IMG/VR virus record: IMGVR_UViG_3300010354_000094
Coordinates: 1 to 60,714 of that record
Reading direction: 5' to 3' (one strand)
Length of the DNA: 60,714 nt
From: a virus
Lineage: Duplodnaviria > Caudoviricetes
Part shown: positions 28,742-39,201 of the stretch, one piece after another
How positions within the stretch are numbered: the stretch's first letter is position 1
Layout: each line of letters begins with the position of its first letter
The notes under the pieces: generated by a model
What the model saw: the letters and a program-made list of their open reading frames with translations, nothing else
Databases searched by the model: none
What the model was told of the DNA's origin: nothing
Translations under genes and position numbers: made by a program

Positions 28742-31720
28742 ATGTCCGAAGTTAAAGAATATATTGTAACACTAAAAAATGCAAGCGATCTTGACCAATT
28801 CTATCAAGATATGGAGACCCCTGGTGGTAATTTATATATTCCCAACAGGACAGTAGAATTAGCAGATCGCAGGCCAATAAGTCGTAATACACATTATTTT
28901 TTAACTCAAGAAGAAGCGCAGAGTCTTCGTAACGATCCTAGAGTTTTAGATGTTGAATTAACTCCTAATGAGTTGGGATTAATAATATCCCCTTGTTATA
29001 CTCAAACATCTATTAACTGGAACAAAAATTCTAGCAATAATAATGCACATAGGAATTGGGGTTTGCTAAGATCTACACTACCTACAAATCCGACAAATTG
29101 GGGAACAGACGGCACAGTTAGTCAGAGTAATTTTATCGAAGTGACTAGCGACGGAAAGAATGTAGATGTGGTAGTAGTAGACGGACATTTTGATCCTACG
29201 CACCCCGAGTATGCAAGAAATTTAGATGGAACCGGTGGTACAAATATTATTCAATATAATTGGTTCCAATTAAATCCTTCAGTAACAGGTGCATCTTCTA
29301 GTACCTATGTGTATACTCCTTACGTAGATGCTGCCTATCCTGATAACAACGGCGACGGGATCTCAGATAGAACTTCTCAAAATGATCATGGTGCTCACGT
29401 TGCAGGAACAATTATGGGTAATACTCAAGGATGGGCTAGGGGGGCTAACATATACAATATTAGCCCTTATTCGACCAATCCGAATTTCATAGACGGAACA
29501 AGATTATTTGATTACATAAGAGTTTTTCATAATAATAAGTCTATTAATGCTACAACAGGAAGGAAAAACCCTACGATTCTAAATAATAGTTGGCAGTATA
29601 GTACAACAGTTCCTATAGCAAATGTTCAGTCGGTTACCTACCGAGGAGTAACCGAAGCCGGACCCTTTACTAGTTCTTCTTTGCAGGCATTTGGTATCAG
29701 AGTATCCGGATCTAACTGCGTTATAAATTATAGATATACAGCAGTTGACGCTGACATTGCAGACTGTATTTCGGACGGAATTATTGTTGTAGGTAGTGCA
29801 GGTAATGATGGCGCCAAGATAGACGTACCCGGAGGCCAAGATTATAACAATTACCTTTATGATGGTTCCTTTAATTATTATTATCATAGAGGATCCACAC
29901 CGGCTGCATCTGGAAATAGTCCTGCTCAAGTCATCTGTGTAGGATCTGTAAGCGCACTTAAGAATGAATCTAAATCTACTTTTAGTAATTGCGGTCCAAG
30001 AGTTGATATATTTGCACCAGGCGAAAATATTATAAGCACAGTTAATAGTAACACTAGGAACCCAACATTTGATTCTAGAAACAGTTCTAAGTATTTGATA
30101 AAATATAACGGAACAAGTATGGCAGGTCCCCAAGTTACTGGGGTTTTGGCCTGCGCATTAGAAGTATATCCTTACCTTAATCAAACAACTGCTAGGAGTT
30201 ATCTTTTAAATTATGCTAAGTTAAATCAAATGTTTGATTCTAACGGTAGCTATACTGATACAACTAGCTTACAGAGTGGACCTAATAGATATCTTTATTA
30301 TAATAAAGAATCTGTAACTTCGGGAAACGTGTTTCCTAAACTAAATGTAAATCAACGTCCTTCCGTAGGCCAGGTTTATCCTCGAAATAGAATTTATAGT
30401 TTTGGTCCTCAAACTACTCCGTCGTATTCCTTTACTGCATTTAACACTGCAAATCTAACAGCTTCTAGAACTGCTGTACAATTAGGAGGAACTCGAACTG
30501 CTGTATCATCAAATTGGACAGTATCTTCAAACTCGGTAACACTAGTCGGTACAGGTTTACCTTACCATAGTTACGGAGATGTTGCATCAGTAAACACTCC
30601 GGGGGCCCAGAATTTTAATAAAACTTGGACATATAGAGGTGGTCAAAACACTACTGGAACACAGGTAGCTACAGGTGCAGGACTTATAGGCATCTGGTTA
30701 AACGGTGTATCAATGTTTAACCCTTCTGCTCAAAGCGGAGGTCCAACTGGTCCTAATCCTTTTTCTCCTAATTGGCAATATAATGCCTCTTCAGAGTCAG
30801 GCGATGACTTAGGCTATAATTTCGGAGAAGACGGTGCAGGAGGTCATGCAGCTCCTCCCAATCAATATCACTATCATGATTTTAGCTTTGATGATGCATG
30901 GATTTCTGGATCTGGTAATACTGGAGCAACTTACGGAACGACTGGTTTAGCGGAAGTTAATGTTATACCTTATCTGTCTGGTTCGTTAATACACCCAGAC
31001 GGACATAGTAAAATTTTAGGTATAAGCGCAGACGGGTATCCGGTATATGGCCCTTACGGATACATTAATCCTGCAAACAGTATTAGTGGAATTAGAAGAA
31101 TGACTTCCGGATACGGGGAAATAACTGTTAGGGGAGGTGCTAATCCTCCGCCAACTTCTACTTATCCTTTTGGAACTTTCTGCCAAGATTATACTTTTGT
31201 TGGTTTTGAAAGCCCTGTTGATAGATATAATGTTACAACTGTTACTAATGCTTATTCTTTAAGTGAAGTAGTCTCAGTGGGCGGGCAAACTACTACTAAC
31301 AATTTAGGTAACAATCCTACAATTAGAGTACAGGCAGGAACTATTTTATATTTTAATATTACAACATCCGGTCAGCCATTTTATCTAAAAACGGCAATTA
31401 GTACAGGAGCTTCTAATTTAATTTCTCAAGGAACTGTCGTAGGTCAAGGAACAACAACGGGTCAAACAAGGTGGCATACGCTTAATGTAACTCCAGGGAC
31501 GTATTACTATGTTAGCGGTAATAATGTTAATTATGCCGGGCAGATTATTATTGAAAGTGCTGTACCTAGTACTTTAGATAGATTTAATGGTAGATACTGT
31601 GTTACACCGGATTATCCTAGCGGTACATATGCTTATTTTTGTACTATAGACGATGTTGGTGGCCCTGTATATCCCTATATTTTAGGAAATAATTATTATA
31701 GCACACCTGCTAGTCTGTAA
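28742..31720 (+). CDS. Subtilisin-like S8 protease fused to YHYH domain
   Basis: Catalytic D (VVVVDG), H (HGAHVAGT), oxyanion SAGN and S (GTSMAGP); C-terminal QYHYH, DGYPVYGPYG and LDRFNGRYCVTPDYP. Confidence 0.85.
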   Translation: MSEVKEYIVTLKNASDLDQFYQDMETPGGNLYIPNRTVELADRRPISRNTHYFLTQEEAQSLRNDPRVLDVELTPNELGLIISPCYTQTSINWNKNSSNNNAHRNWGLLRSTLPTNPTNWGTDGTVSQSNFIEVTSDGKNVDVVVVDGHFDPTHPEYARNLDGTGGTNIIQYNWFQLNPSVTGASSSTYVYTPYVDAAYPDNNGDGISDRTSQNDHGAHVAGTIMGNTQGWARGANIYNISPYSTNPNFIDGTRLFDYIRVFHNNKSINATTGRKNPTILNNSWQYSTTVPIANVQSVTYRGVTEAGPFTSSSLQAFGIRVSGSNCVINYRYTAVDADIADCISDGIIVVGSAGNDGAKIDVPGGQDYNNYLYDGSFNYYYHRGSTPAASGNSPAQVICVGSVSALKNESKSTFSNCGPRVDIFAPGENIISTVNSNTRNPTFDSRNSSKYLIKYNGTSMAGPQVTGVLACALEVYPYLNQTTARSYLLNYAKLNQMFDSNGSYTDTTSLQSGPNRYLYYNKESVTSGNVFPKLNVNQRPSVGQVYPRNRIYSFGPQTTPSYSFTAFNTANLTASRTAVQLGGTRTAVSSNWTVSSNSVTLVGTGLPYHSYGDVASVNTPGAQNFNKTWTYRGGQNTTGTQVATGAGLIGIWLNGVSMFNPSAQSGGPTGPNPFSPNWQYNASSESGDDLGYNFGEDGAGGHAAPPNQYHYHDFSFDDAWISGSGNTGATYGTTGLAEVNVIPYLSGSLIHPDGHSKILGISADGYPVYGPYGYINPANSISGIRRMTSGYGEITVRGGANPPPTSTYPFGTFCQDYTFVGFESPVDRYNVTTVTNAYSLSEVVSVGGQTTTNNLGNNPTIRVQAGTILYFNITTSGQPFYLKTAISTGASNLISQGTVVGQGTTTGQTRWHTLNVTPGTYYYVSGNNVNYAGQIIIESAVPSTLDRFNGRYCVTPDYPSGTYAYFCTIDDVGGPVYPYILGNNYYSTPASL

Positions 31721-31740
31721 AACACATTAAAACTTATGGA

Positions 31741-31746
31741 TAAATA
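31741..31746 (+). promoter_or_regulatory. Putative late promoter (TAAATA)
   Basis: TAAATA 5 nt before the ATG at 31752. Confidence 0.45.
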
Positions 31747-31751
31747 TCACT

Positions 31752-32420
31752 ATGGACCACTCTACACAAGATAAAAAAAATACCGAAAAAGATATGGAAG
31801 AAAAGAAAGTGCAAAAACCTGACGAACAAGGGAATATTAGATTAACAGGTCATATTAAAATATATGATCCAGAATCTAAGGAAATATTTGTTGACAAAAG
31901 AAACGCTATTCACTACGAAAATTTTAGTATAGCATTAGCCAGCGGAGTTAGCAATCAAGAGTCCGGAGTAATTGCAGAAATGGTTTTTGGCCGAGGCGGA
32001 AGTAGGATAGATCCTACCGGCATTATAACATATCTAACTCCTAATACAACTGGTAGTGCCGCAGCATTATATGATCAAACTTATTACAAAACAGTAGATG
32101 GTAGAAATCCTAACAGCTTAGATCCAAGCAGAAACTATATGGAAGTAAGACACATTACAGGTACAGCATATAGCGATATATTAGTAAGCTGTTTATTAGA
32201 TTTTGGGGAACCTGCGGGGCAGGCTGCTTTTGATAACGAAACCGCACTCGACAGTCCTTTTGTTTTTGACGAATTAGGTTTAAAAAGTTATAACACAGCA
32301 GGACCTAATACCGGTCTTTTATTAACTCATGTTATCTTCCATCCTGTTCAAAAGTCTTTAAACAGATTAATTCAAATAGATTACACCATCAGGGTGCAAA
32401 GTTTAAGTAGCGGAATTTAA
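31752..32420 (+). CDS. Virion structural protein (baseplate/fibre attachment)
   Basis: KRNAIHYEN, FDELGL and LLTHVIFHPVQKSLNR motifs; located in the structural operon. Confidence 0.6.
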   Translation: MDHSTQDKKNTEKDMEEKKVQKPDEQGNIRLTGHIKIYDPESKEIFVDKRNAIHYENFSIALASGVSNQESGVIAEMVFGRGGSRIDPTGIITYLTPNTTGSAAALYDQTYYKTVDGRNPNSLDPSRNYMEVRHITGTAYSDILVSCLLDFGEPAGQAAFDNETALDSPFVFDELGLKSYNTAGPNTGLLLTHVIFHPVQKSLNRLIQIDYTIRVQSLSSGI

Positions 32421-32422
32421 AA

Positions 32423-33943
32423 ATGACCTATACAGTATACCTATCTAATCCTAGCAAAACTCCAATATCGGTAGCTGATCTTAGCGTTGATCAAAGTACT
32501 AGTATTAATTTGGTAGGTAGAAATGCATCTGGTTATGGCCAAGCAATAGCTGAAAATTTTATACATTTATTAGAAAATTTTTCTTATACAACTCCACCGG
32601 GAAGCCCATTAGAAGGGCAGCTTTGGTACGACACTACTGTACCTAACAATAAAATTTTAAAAGTTTATGACGGGTCTACGTGGACTCCTTCTGGGGGACT
32701 ATATAGTGGAACAAGCGATCCGGTAGATGGACCTTATACCGTTAAGAACGGAGACCTGTGGGCAGACAGTGCAACCTTTAGATTAAAAATGCGGGTTGCT
32801 GGCTCTTGGAAAGTAATTGGACCTGAACTAGATAATGTTCGTAGAACAGGGACTTTTGTTGATATTTTAACAGATGCTCTTGGAGATCCTCACGAAGTAG
32901 TATTAACTTATGTTAATGATAGTATCATAACTATTACTGCTAAAGAAACATTCACTCCTAACCCTTCAATAACAGGATTTAGTCAATTAATTCCTGGCTT
33001 AAATGTTAGTACGCAGGCATTTGGAGGAACATCGGCAAAGGTTAGTGGTTTAGCAAATACAGCTTTAAGTCTGCAGGTATCAACTCAACCAGCTCCAGTT
33101 CCTGCAGATAATTTTTTAAGAGCAGACACAGCTGGTACTATTAATGGATTTTTAAGAATCAATTCAGACGGCGGAATAAAAATAGGAAATATTTCTCAGA
33201 CTTTCTTAATTGAAAAACAGATCAATGACGGGGTTATGATCAATAGATCTGATAGCGCAAGGCTTAGATTTAGAGTTAGAAAGAATGATGTTGATAATGA
33301 AATTTTAACACTGGATGGAAATTTACAAAGGGTTGGTATTAATAATGATACTCCTACTCAATCTTTAGATGTAAACGGAAGTGCAAAGTTTAGTGGGACG
33401 TTAACAATTACATCGGCGGCATCTAATGCTGTAAATGTGTCCGGTGGCGGAAGTTTTGGTACCAATTTAAATGTACTAGGAAATGTTACAGTGTCTAATA
33501 CTGGAACATTTAGGCGGCAAGTGATTGTAGGATATCTAGGTAGCGGAGGAACAGGTATAGTTCCTGCAACAAATGGCACCTATGATATAGGCAGTGTCTC
33601 TAATCCGTTCAGAACAGTTTATGCAAAGAATTTTGCTACAACATCTACAGCATTTTCTATGGTCCAGACTGGGATGATAACATTGTATTCAGGTGCAGGA
33701 ATACCAGATGGATGGGCAGTCTGCGACGGCAGCACAGTTCCTAGAGCAGGAGGATTTCAACAATTGTATGATTTGTTAGGAACTACATATGGTGAACCAA
33801 CTACAGCTACTCCGTCTCCGTCTTGGACATTTACAGATTATTTGGTATTACCCAATTTAACTGGTGTAACAGTGGTTAATCCGCAAAGTCCGGCTACTCC
33901 GCCTAATCCGTTACCAACAGTAAGATATATTATAAAGTATTAA
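32423..33943 (+). CDS. Tail fibre protein 1 (shared N-terminal module, C-terminal collar domain)
   Basis: LVGRN..GYG..IAENF.HLLENF..GQLWYD; C-terminal IPDGWAVCDG...LPNL...YIIKY collar motif. Confidence 0.75.
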   Translation: MTYTVYLSNPSKTPISVADLSVDQSTSINLVGRNASGYGQAIAENFIHLLENFSYTTPPGSPLEGQLWYDTTVPNNKILKVYDGSTWTPSGGLYSGTSDPVDGPYTVKNGDLWADSATFRLKMRVAGSWKVIGPELDNVRRTGTFVDILTDALGDPHEVVLTYVNDSIITITAKETFTPNPSITGFSQLIPGLNVSTQAFGGTSAKVSGLANTALSLQVSTQPAPVPADNFLRADTAGTINGFLRINSDGGIKIGNISQTFLIEKQINDGVMINRSDSARLRFRVRKNDVDNEILTLDGNLQRVGINNDTPTQSLDVNGSAKFSGTLTITSAASNAVNVSGGGSFGTNLNVLGNVTVSNTGTFRRQVIVGYLGSGGTGIVPATNGTYDIGSVSNPFRTVYAKNFATTSTAFSMVQTGMITLYSGAGIPDGWAVCDGSTVPRAGGFQQLYDLLGTTYGEPTTATPSPSWTFTDYLVLPNLTGVTVVNPQSPATPPNPLPTVRYIIKY

Positions 33944-33947
33944 TGCC

Positions 33948-36155
33948 ATGGCCTATACAATAAAAAAATCAGACGGAACAGTTTTAGTTAATCTAGTAGA
34001 TGGAACACTAGATAATAAATCTACCAGTATTACACTGATAGGTAAAAATGTCGACGAATACGGAACTGCACTCAATACTAACTTTGTTAGATTGTTAGAA
34101 AATTTTGCAGGAGTTACTCCGCCCCTTGCACCTCAGACAGGCCAGCTTTGGTACAGCACAGCTGATGGTAGATTAAAAGTTTATACTCCAGAGGGAACAT
34201 TTGGTGAGATATCATCTTCAGTATTAAGTGCTACTAAACCTTCTATATTAAGACAGGGCGATTTATGGATCGATACAACAAATGATCAATTAAATTTTAC
34301 TAAGGATGGAAATACTACAGTACTTGCAGGCCCAATATATAAATCTCCTTTTGGTAAATCTGGATTTGTCATTGAAAATTGGAAAGATGATGCCTTAAGA
34401 GACAGACAGGTTACAGCTTTATATTCTAATGGAATTCTAGTTGCCGTAGTTAGCACTGCTACTATAACATTTGCAAACACTGCTACACAAAATACTCAGG
34501 GGTTGTTTTATGTTACTCCTGGTATTACTCTTAATCAGGCCGCAGTACCTAATGTAAAATTTGAAGGAACAGCTACAGATTCGACAAATTATTTAGGATT
34601 CAGTGCAACAAATTATTTGGTTAACAATTTTGACGAAGTTACAGATAGTGCAATTTGGATTAAAAATGATACTAGAAAGGGAGTAAAGAGCGGAAGCGTT
34701 TATTCTTGGCCTACTGCTACTCCAGTTGATGAGGGAGGATTGTTTATCGGAAGTAATCCTGCCCAACCGGGTGGAGCTCCAGACCTTCAAATATTTGCAT
34801 CAGGATCTGGAGGCAGCAGAACATCTTTTATCAAGAGTGTAAACGTAGACCAGAAATTGGTATTTAAACAGGTTAGAACCATTGGTGACAATGATTTATT
34901 AACTTTACAAGGCGATAAGGTTGGTATTAATTTATCTAGTCCAATTTTTAATCTTGATGTTGCGGGAAATACTAGAATTACAGGTAATCTACAGGTCACA
35001 GGTATTGTAGAATTTTTTGGAACAGTTACAACTGTTAGATCTACTATTGTTCAGGTAGCAGATAAAGCAATTGAATTAGCTTCTAGCGCAACATCATTTA
35101 CAGATGTTCAAGTTGACGGCGGCGGTATTATCCTTAAAGGAACAACGGATAAGACATGGCTATATAACAACACATCAACGTCGTGGCAGTCTAATATAGA
35201 TATCGATACTGTAGGATCTAGCTCAACATACAAGATTGCAGGGGTACCTACAGTAGGCCAAAGATTTTTAGGAAATCTAGTTACTACAACAAATATTACA
35301 CGGTTAGGTGTGCTAACTGAGCTCACAGCAAGTAATGTATTGATTAAAGGAACTGGTATTACTACCAATGCTCAGAGTCTTAGAATTAGTTCAGTATCGG
35401 CTGTATCAACAGGTACTGGTACTGTAATAACTGTTAATTTACTAACACCTGCTCCCTTAATATTTACAGGGACTAGTATAACAATTAGTGGTGTAGTTGA
35501 TCCAGGTTATGACGGTAATTATCAAGTAAGGACAGTAACTACTTCGAGTAATAATCAATTTACGATTTTATCAAACGGTGTTCTGTCTACCACTAACCCT
35601 ATAATCGGTGTTAATGGTGTTGCTATATTCCCTGATCTATTGTTGAATTCATCTGCTAATGGTAATATTGATGCGACAAATAAGAGAATTATTAATGTTG
35701 GATATCCTGTACGACCTACAGATGCAGCCAGCGTACAATTCTTGCAAGACTATTCTGCTGTATCACAGCTTAAGGGATTTGTATTAAGCATAGATATTAC
35801 AAACATGGCCTTACCTGATACAGATATTGCAGGCATATTAATGGTTTTAGCACCTCCAGTAAACCAAATTCCTCCTTTGTATCCTTTTGAAAGTCAATAT
35901 GATCTTCCTGTGGGATATAGAGCTAGGGTTCTTTGTCAACGTCATGGTATTGTTGTACCGCCTCAACCAATAAATGTAGCAACAACATCTACGTTGTTCC
36001 AATTGTACCCAACTAGTGCTCCGGGTGGAGCAGTTACAGCAGTAGCGGCAACTGCTACATTTGTTACTACTACTGCAACAATACAGTATACAGTTAAAGA
36101 ATTTAGAGTTGTAAATGACCCGCCGTTAGTGTGGAGATTCTACAGAGATATTTAA
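33948..36155 (+). CDS. Tail fibre protein 2
   Basis: Same N-terminal module (LIGKN..YG...NFVRLLENF..GQLWY); LDVAG and RIINVG.P..PTDAA fibre repeats. Confidence 0.7.
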   Translation: MAYTIKKSDGTVLVNLVDGTLDNKSTSITLIGKNVDEYGTALNTNFVRLLENFAGVTPPLAPQTGQLWYSTADGRLKVYTPEGTFGEISSSVLSATKPSILRQGDLWIDTTNDQLNFTKDGNTTVLAGPIYKSPFGKSGFVIENWKDDALRDRQVTALYSNGILVAVVSTATITFANTATQNTQGLFYVTPGITLNQAAVPNVKFEGTATDSTNYLGFSATNYLVNNFDEVTDSAIWIKNDTRKGVKSGSVYSWPTATPVDEGGLFIGSNPAQPGGAPDLQIFASGSGGSRTSFIKSVNVDQKLVFKQVRTIGDNDLLTLQGDKVGINLSSPIFNLDVAGNTRITGNLQVTGIVEFFGTVTTVRSTIVQVADKAIELASSATSFTDVQVDGGGIILKGTTDKTWLYNNTSTSWQSNIDIDTVGSSSTYKIAGVPTVGQRFLGNLVTTTNITRLGVLTELTASNVLIKGTGITTNAQSLRISSVSAVSTGTGTVITVNLLTPAPLIFTGTSITISGVVDPGYDGNYQVRTVTTSSNNQFTILSNGVLSTTNPIIGVNGVAIFPDLLLNSSANGNIDATNKRIINVGYPVRPTDAASVQFLQDYSAVSQLKGFVLSIDITNMALPDTDIAGILMVLAPPVNQIPPLYPFESQYDLPVGYRARVLCQRHGIVVPPQPINVATTSTLFQLYPTSAPGGAVTAVAATATFVTTTATIQYTVKEFRVVNDPPLVWRFYRDI

Positions 36156-36167
36156 TGAGACAATAAT

Positions 36168-37073
36168 ATGACATATAGTATAAGAAAATCAGACGGAACT
36201 CTATTAATTGATCTCCCCGACGGTACAACTGACGTATCAAGGACTAGCTTGACTTTGATAGGTAAGAATGTTAATGCTTTTGGTAAATCACAGAATGAAA
36301 ATTTTGTTAGGCTTTTAGAAAATTTTAACAGTTCTGTAGAGCCAGTTAACCCAATTCAAGGTCAGTTATGGTTTAATAAATCTAATGAGCAGATGTATGT
36401 AAGAACTGCTACAGGTTTTCGATCAATGGGGCCATTTACGAATAATACTACCCAAACAGTTGATAATAACTCTACGGCAACTGCTACTACAGCGTTTGTT
36501 CATAGTGTTATTCCTCTAGGTAGTATATTAATGTGGTACGGATCGATCGCTAGTATTCCTTCTGGTTGGGCACTATGCAACGGACAGACTGTGAATGGTG
36601 TAATAACACCTGATCTTAGAGATAGATTTATTATGGGAGCTGGAAACGAATATGCTCCAGGAAACACCGGTGGTACCAAATCTATAACCACAGTAGTTGC
36701 ACATACACATGGATTCAGCGGAGCTAGTTCAGTTGAAAGTGCAGATCATACTCATAGCGGCGTAACAGCTAGTGCAGGCAATCATAATCACGGTATGCCC
36801 GGCGACGATCAATTAGCCTTTGCAAATGGAGTTGCAGGTTGGACAAGTAACTCTAGAGGCGGATTTAATTATGATGCTAGATCTGTTTCTGGCGGTGCCG
36901 GCCAAATTTGGGATACTACCACAGCCGGTAATCATAACCACACATTTAATACTGGCGGCCAATCGGGAAGTCATACACATACCTTTGGTGGGACCACTAG
37001 TGCAACAGGTTCAGCCTCAGTTGATGTTTTAAATCCGTATTATGCACTGGCGTTCATAATCAAAGTAATTTAA
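36168..37073 (+). CDS. Short tail fibre protein 3 (collar domain plus HxH needle)
   Basis: Shared N-terminal module; IPSGWALCNG...TPDLRDRF; five HxH motifs; PYYALAFIIK. Confidence 0.8.
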   Translation: MTYSIRKSDGTLLIDLPDGTTDVSRTSLTLIGKNVNAFGKSQNENFVRLLENFNSSVEPVNPIQGQLWFNKSNEQMYVRTATGFRSMGPFTNNTTQTVDNNSTATATTAFVHSVIPLGSILMWYGSIASIPSGWALCNGQTVNGVITPDLRDRFIMGAGNEYAPGNTGGTKSITTVVAHTHGFSGASSVESADHTHSGVTASAGNHNHGMPGDDQLAFANGVAGWTSNSRGGFNYDARSVSGGAGQIWDTTTAGNHNHTFNTGGQSGSHTHTFGGTTSATGSASVDVLNPYYALAFIIKVI

Positions 37074-37077
37074 CCGG

Positions 37078-37083
37078 TAAATA
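37078..37083 (+). promoter_or_regulatory. Putative late promoter (TAAATA)
   Basis: TAAATA before tail fibre gene 4 and its GGAG RBS. Confidence 0.45.
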
Positions 37084-37102
37084 TTGTAAACGGAGCCAGT
37101 GA

Positions 37103-38317
37103 ATGCCTTATACACTTTTAAAAACAAATGGATTAAAGTTAACTACTGTTGATGATGGTACACTTAATCTAACTACAGATCTTGCATTGGTAGGAAGAAA
37201 TTATGCAGGTTATGGACAAGTTGTTAATGAAAATCTTGTAAAACTTTTAGAAAATTTTGCTAATAATTCTGCCCCTAGTAAGCCATTAACTGGACAGCTT
37301 TGGTACGACACATTATCTAAAAAGTTAAAGTTATATGACGGCATTCAATTTAAGAATTTATTAACAACTACTGTATCAACAACACAGCCTACTGATTTAA
37401 ATAATGGCGATTTTTGGTTTGATAGTGCAGGTGAAAAGTTATATATTAAAAACTTAAATGAGCTTGTATTGATAGGTCCCGGTGGCGGCAGTGGAACCTC
37501 TACAGGCGGTGGAACCTCTACAGGCGGATTAGGTATTAGCAATGTACTAGCTAGTACAAATGTTCCTTATGATGTTATCAAATTATCTATAGGTGAAGCT
37601 ACTATCGGTGTAGTATCGCCTAATGCTTTTAACGTTGATATTACTGATCCTTTATACACAGAATTCAGTCAGATAAAATACGGTATCACGTTAAAAGGTG
37701 CCGATCCTATAACCGGTGTATCCACCTCTACTCAAAGTTATTTTTGGGGAACGGCTGCAGATAGCGTTCGATTAAATGGTAGAGCTGCTACAGATTATGT
37801 ACTAACAAGTCAGGTAAATTTAATTGCTGGAAATATTACTCAGTTATTAAATTTAACAAAAATAAGCACCGGCTCTCCTTCTACTCCGGGAACAATAGAA
37901 GGAGCTTGGACTTTAATTGCAGGATCAACTCTCCAGGCTACTTATGCTGACTTGGCAGAAAGATATGAAAGTGATTCTTTTTATGATTTTGGCACAGTAT
38001 TAACTGTAGGTGGTGATAAGGAAGTAACTATAGCTAAGACCAGAGCCGATATAAAAGTTGCTGGAATAGTTAGCAAGAACCCTGCATTTAAAATGAATAG
38101 CTCAGCAGGTGACGACTGGACTCATCCTTATATTGCTCTAAAAGGAAGGGTTCCTTGTAAAGTAACTGGAAAAATTTCTAAAGGCGATCATTTGGTATCA
38201 AGCGAAAGAGCAGGATGTGCTGAAGCTGCTAAACTAAGCGATGATCATAGATCTATAATTGGAATAGCCTTAGAAGATTTTGAAGGTCTTGATGGCTATA
38301 TCGAAGTTAAAGTTTAA
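37103..38317 (+). CDS. Tail fibre protein 4 with C-terminal intramolecular chaperone-like domain
   Basis: Shared N-terminal module; YADLAERY...GIVS.NPA..MN...IALKGRVPCKV..KGD.LVSS. Confidence 0.75.
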   Translation: MPYTLLKTNGLKLTTVDDGTLNLTTDLALVGRNYAGYGQVVNENLVKLLENFANNSAPSKPLTGQLWYDTLSKKLKLYDGIQFKNLLTTTVSTTQPTDLNNGDFWFDSAGEKLYIKNLNELVLIGPGGGSGTSTGGGTSTGGLGISNVLASTNVPYDVIKLSIGEATIGVVSPNAFNVDITDPLYTEFSQIKYGITLKGADPITGVSTSTQSYFWGTAADSVRLNGRAATDYVLTSQVNLIAGNITQLLNLTKISTGSPSTPGTIEGAWTLIAGSTLQATYADLAERYESDSFYDFGTVLTVGGDKEVTIAKTRADIKVAGIVSKNPAFKMNSSAGDDWTHPYIALKGRVPCKVTGKISKGDHLVSSERAGCAEAAKLSDDHRSIIGIALEDFEGLDGYIEVKV

Positions 38318-39201
38318 ACAGCCATTGGTGCTTTGATAGCTTCGTGGCATTGATAGTTAACTAATTCGATATCTTGAATAGTAAACTTTGTTATTTCTTT
38401 AATGCTTGGATTTAAATTTAATCTAGATAACTCATAAGGTTCCCTAGTTAACTGAGCCTTAACTTGTTCGATATGATTTTCGTAGATATGTGCATCACCG
38501 AAACTGATTACTAATTCACCGACTTCTAAATCACAGACCTGTGCTATCATGTGAGTAAACAACGCATAAGACGCAATGTTAAAAGGAACGCCTAAGAACA
38601 TATCTGCACTTCTTTGATACATGTGGCAATGCAATTTTTTATTTTTGCTAACGTAAAACTGCGACATCATATGACATGGCGGAAGTGCCATTAAATGCAA
38701 TTCTCCAGGATTCCACGCCGTAATAATATGCCTACGGCCATTGGGATCTTCTTTTATTCCATTAATCAATAGTTGTAATTGGTCTATATGTCTTACACCC
38801 ATTTTATTAACGCCAAATACCGGCGCACGCCATTGCCGCCATTGTACACCATAGATGCGACCTAAATCGTCTTGATGTTTTTTATTTTTAGTCTTAATCC
38901 AATATTCAGACTGAGCATTATCGGTCCAGATAGTTTTTTTGTCTGAGTTAGGATCTCCGTGTAACAATTCTTTTAACCTACGCTCATCGCCACTACCTTC
39001 AATAAACCATAATAATTCGCTGACTACACTTCGCCATGCTAGTTTTTTTGTTGTAATAGCAGGAAATCCTTGAGATAAATTAAATCTCAGTTGGGGTGCA
39101 AACTTACTGAGGGTGTAGATACCAGTTCTGTTTGTTTTAACTTCGCCATTATCTAGTATGTCTTGTAATAAGTTAAGGTATTGTTTTTCTGAATTACTCA
39201 T
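38314..39201 (-). CDS. thyA: Thymidylate synthase
   Basis: ELLWF, YGVQWR, MALPPCH, YQRSADMFLGVPFNIASY, GDAHIYENH. Confidence 0.97.
   Translation of the reverse strand: MSNSEKQYLNLLQDILDNGEVKTNRTGIYTLSKFAPQLRFNLSQGFPAITTKKLAWRSVVSELLWFIEGSGDERRLKELLHGDPNSDKKTIWTDNAQSEYWIKTKNKKHQDDLGRIYGVQWRQWRAPVFGVNKMGVRHIDQLQLLINGIKEDPNGRRHIITAWNPGELHLMALPPCHMMSQFYVSKNKKLHCHMYQRSADMFLGVPFNIASYALFTHMIAQVCDLEVGELVISFGDAHIYENHIEQVKAQLTREPYELSRLNLNPSIKEITKFTIQDIELVNYQCHEAIKAPMAV

Noticed and set aside
37491-37526. 18-bp tandem repeat GTGGAACCTCTACAGGCG x2
   Set aside because: Simple Gly/Thr/Ser linker expansion within a fibre gene.
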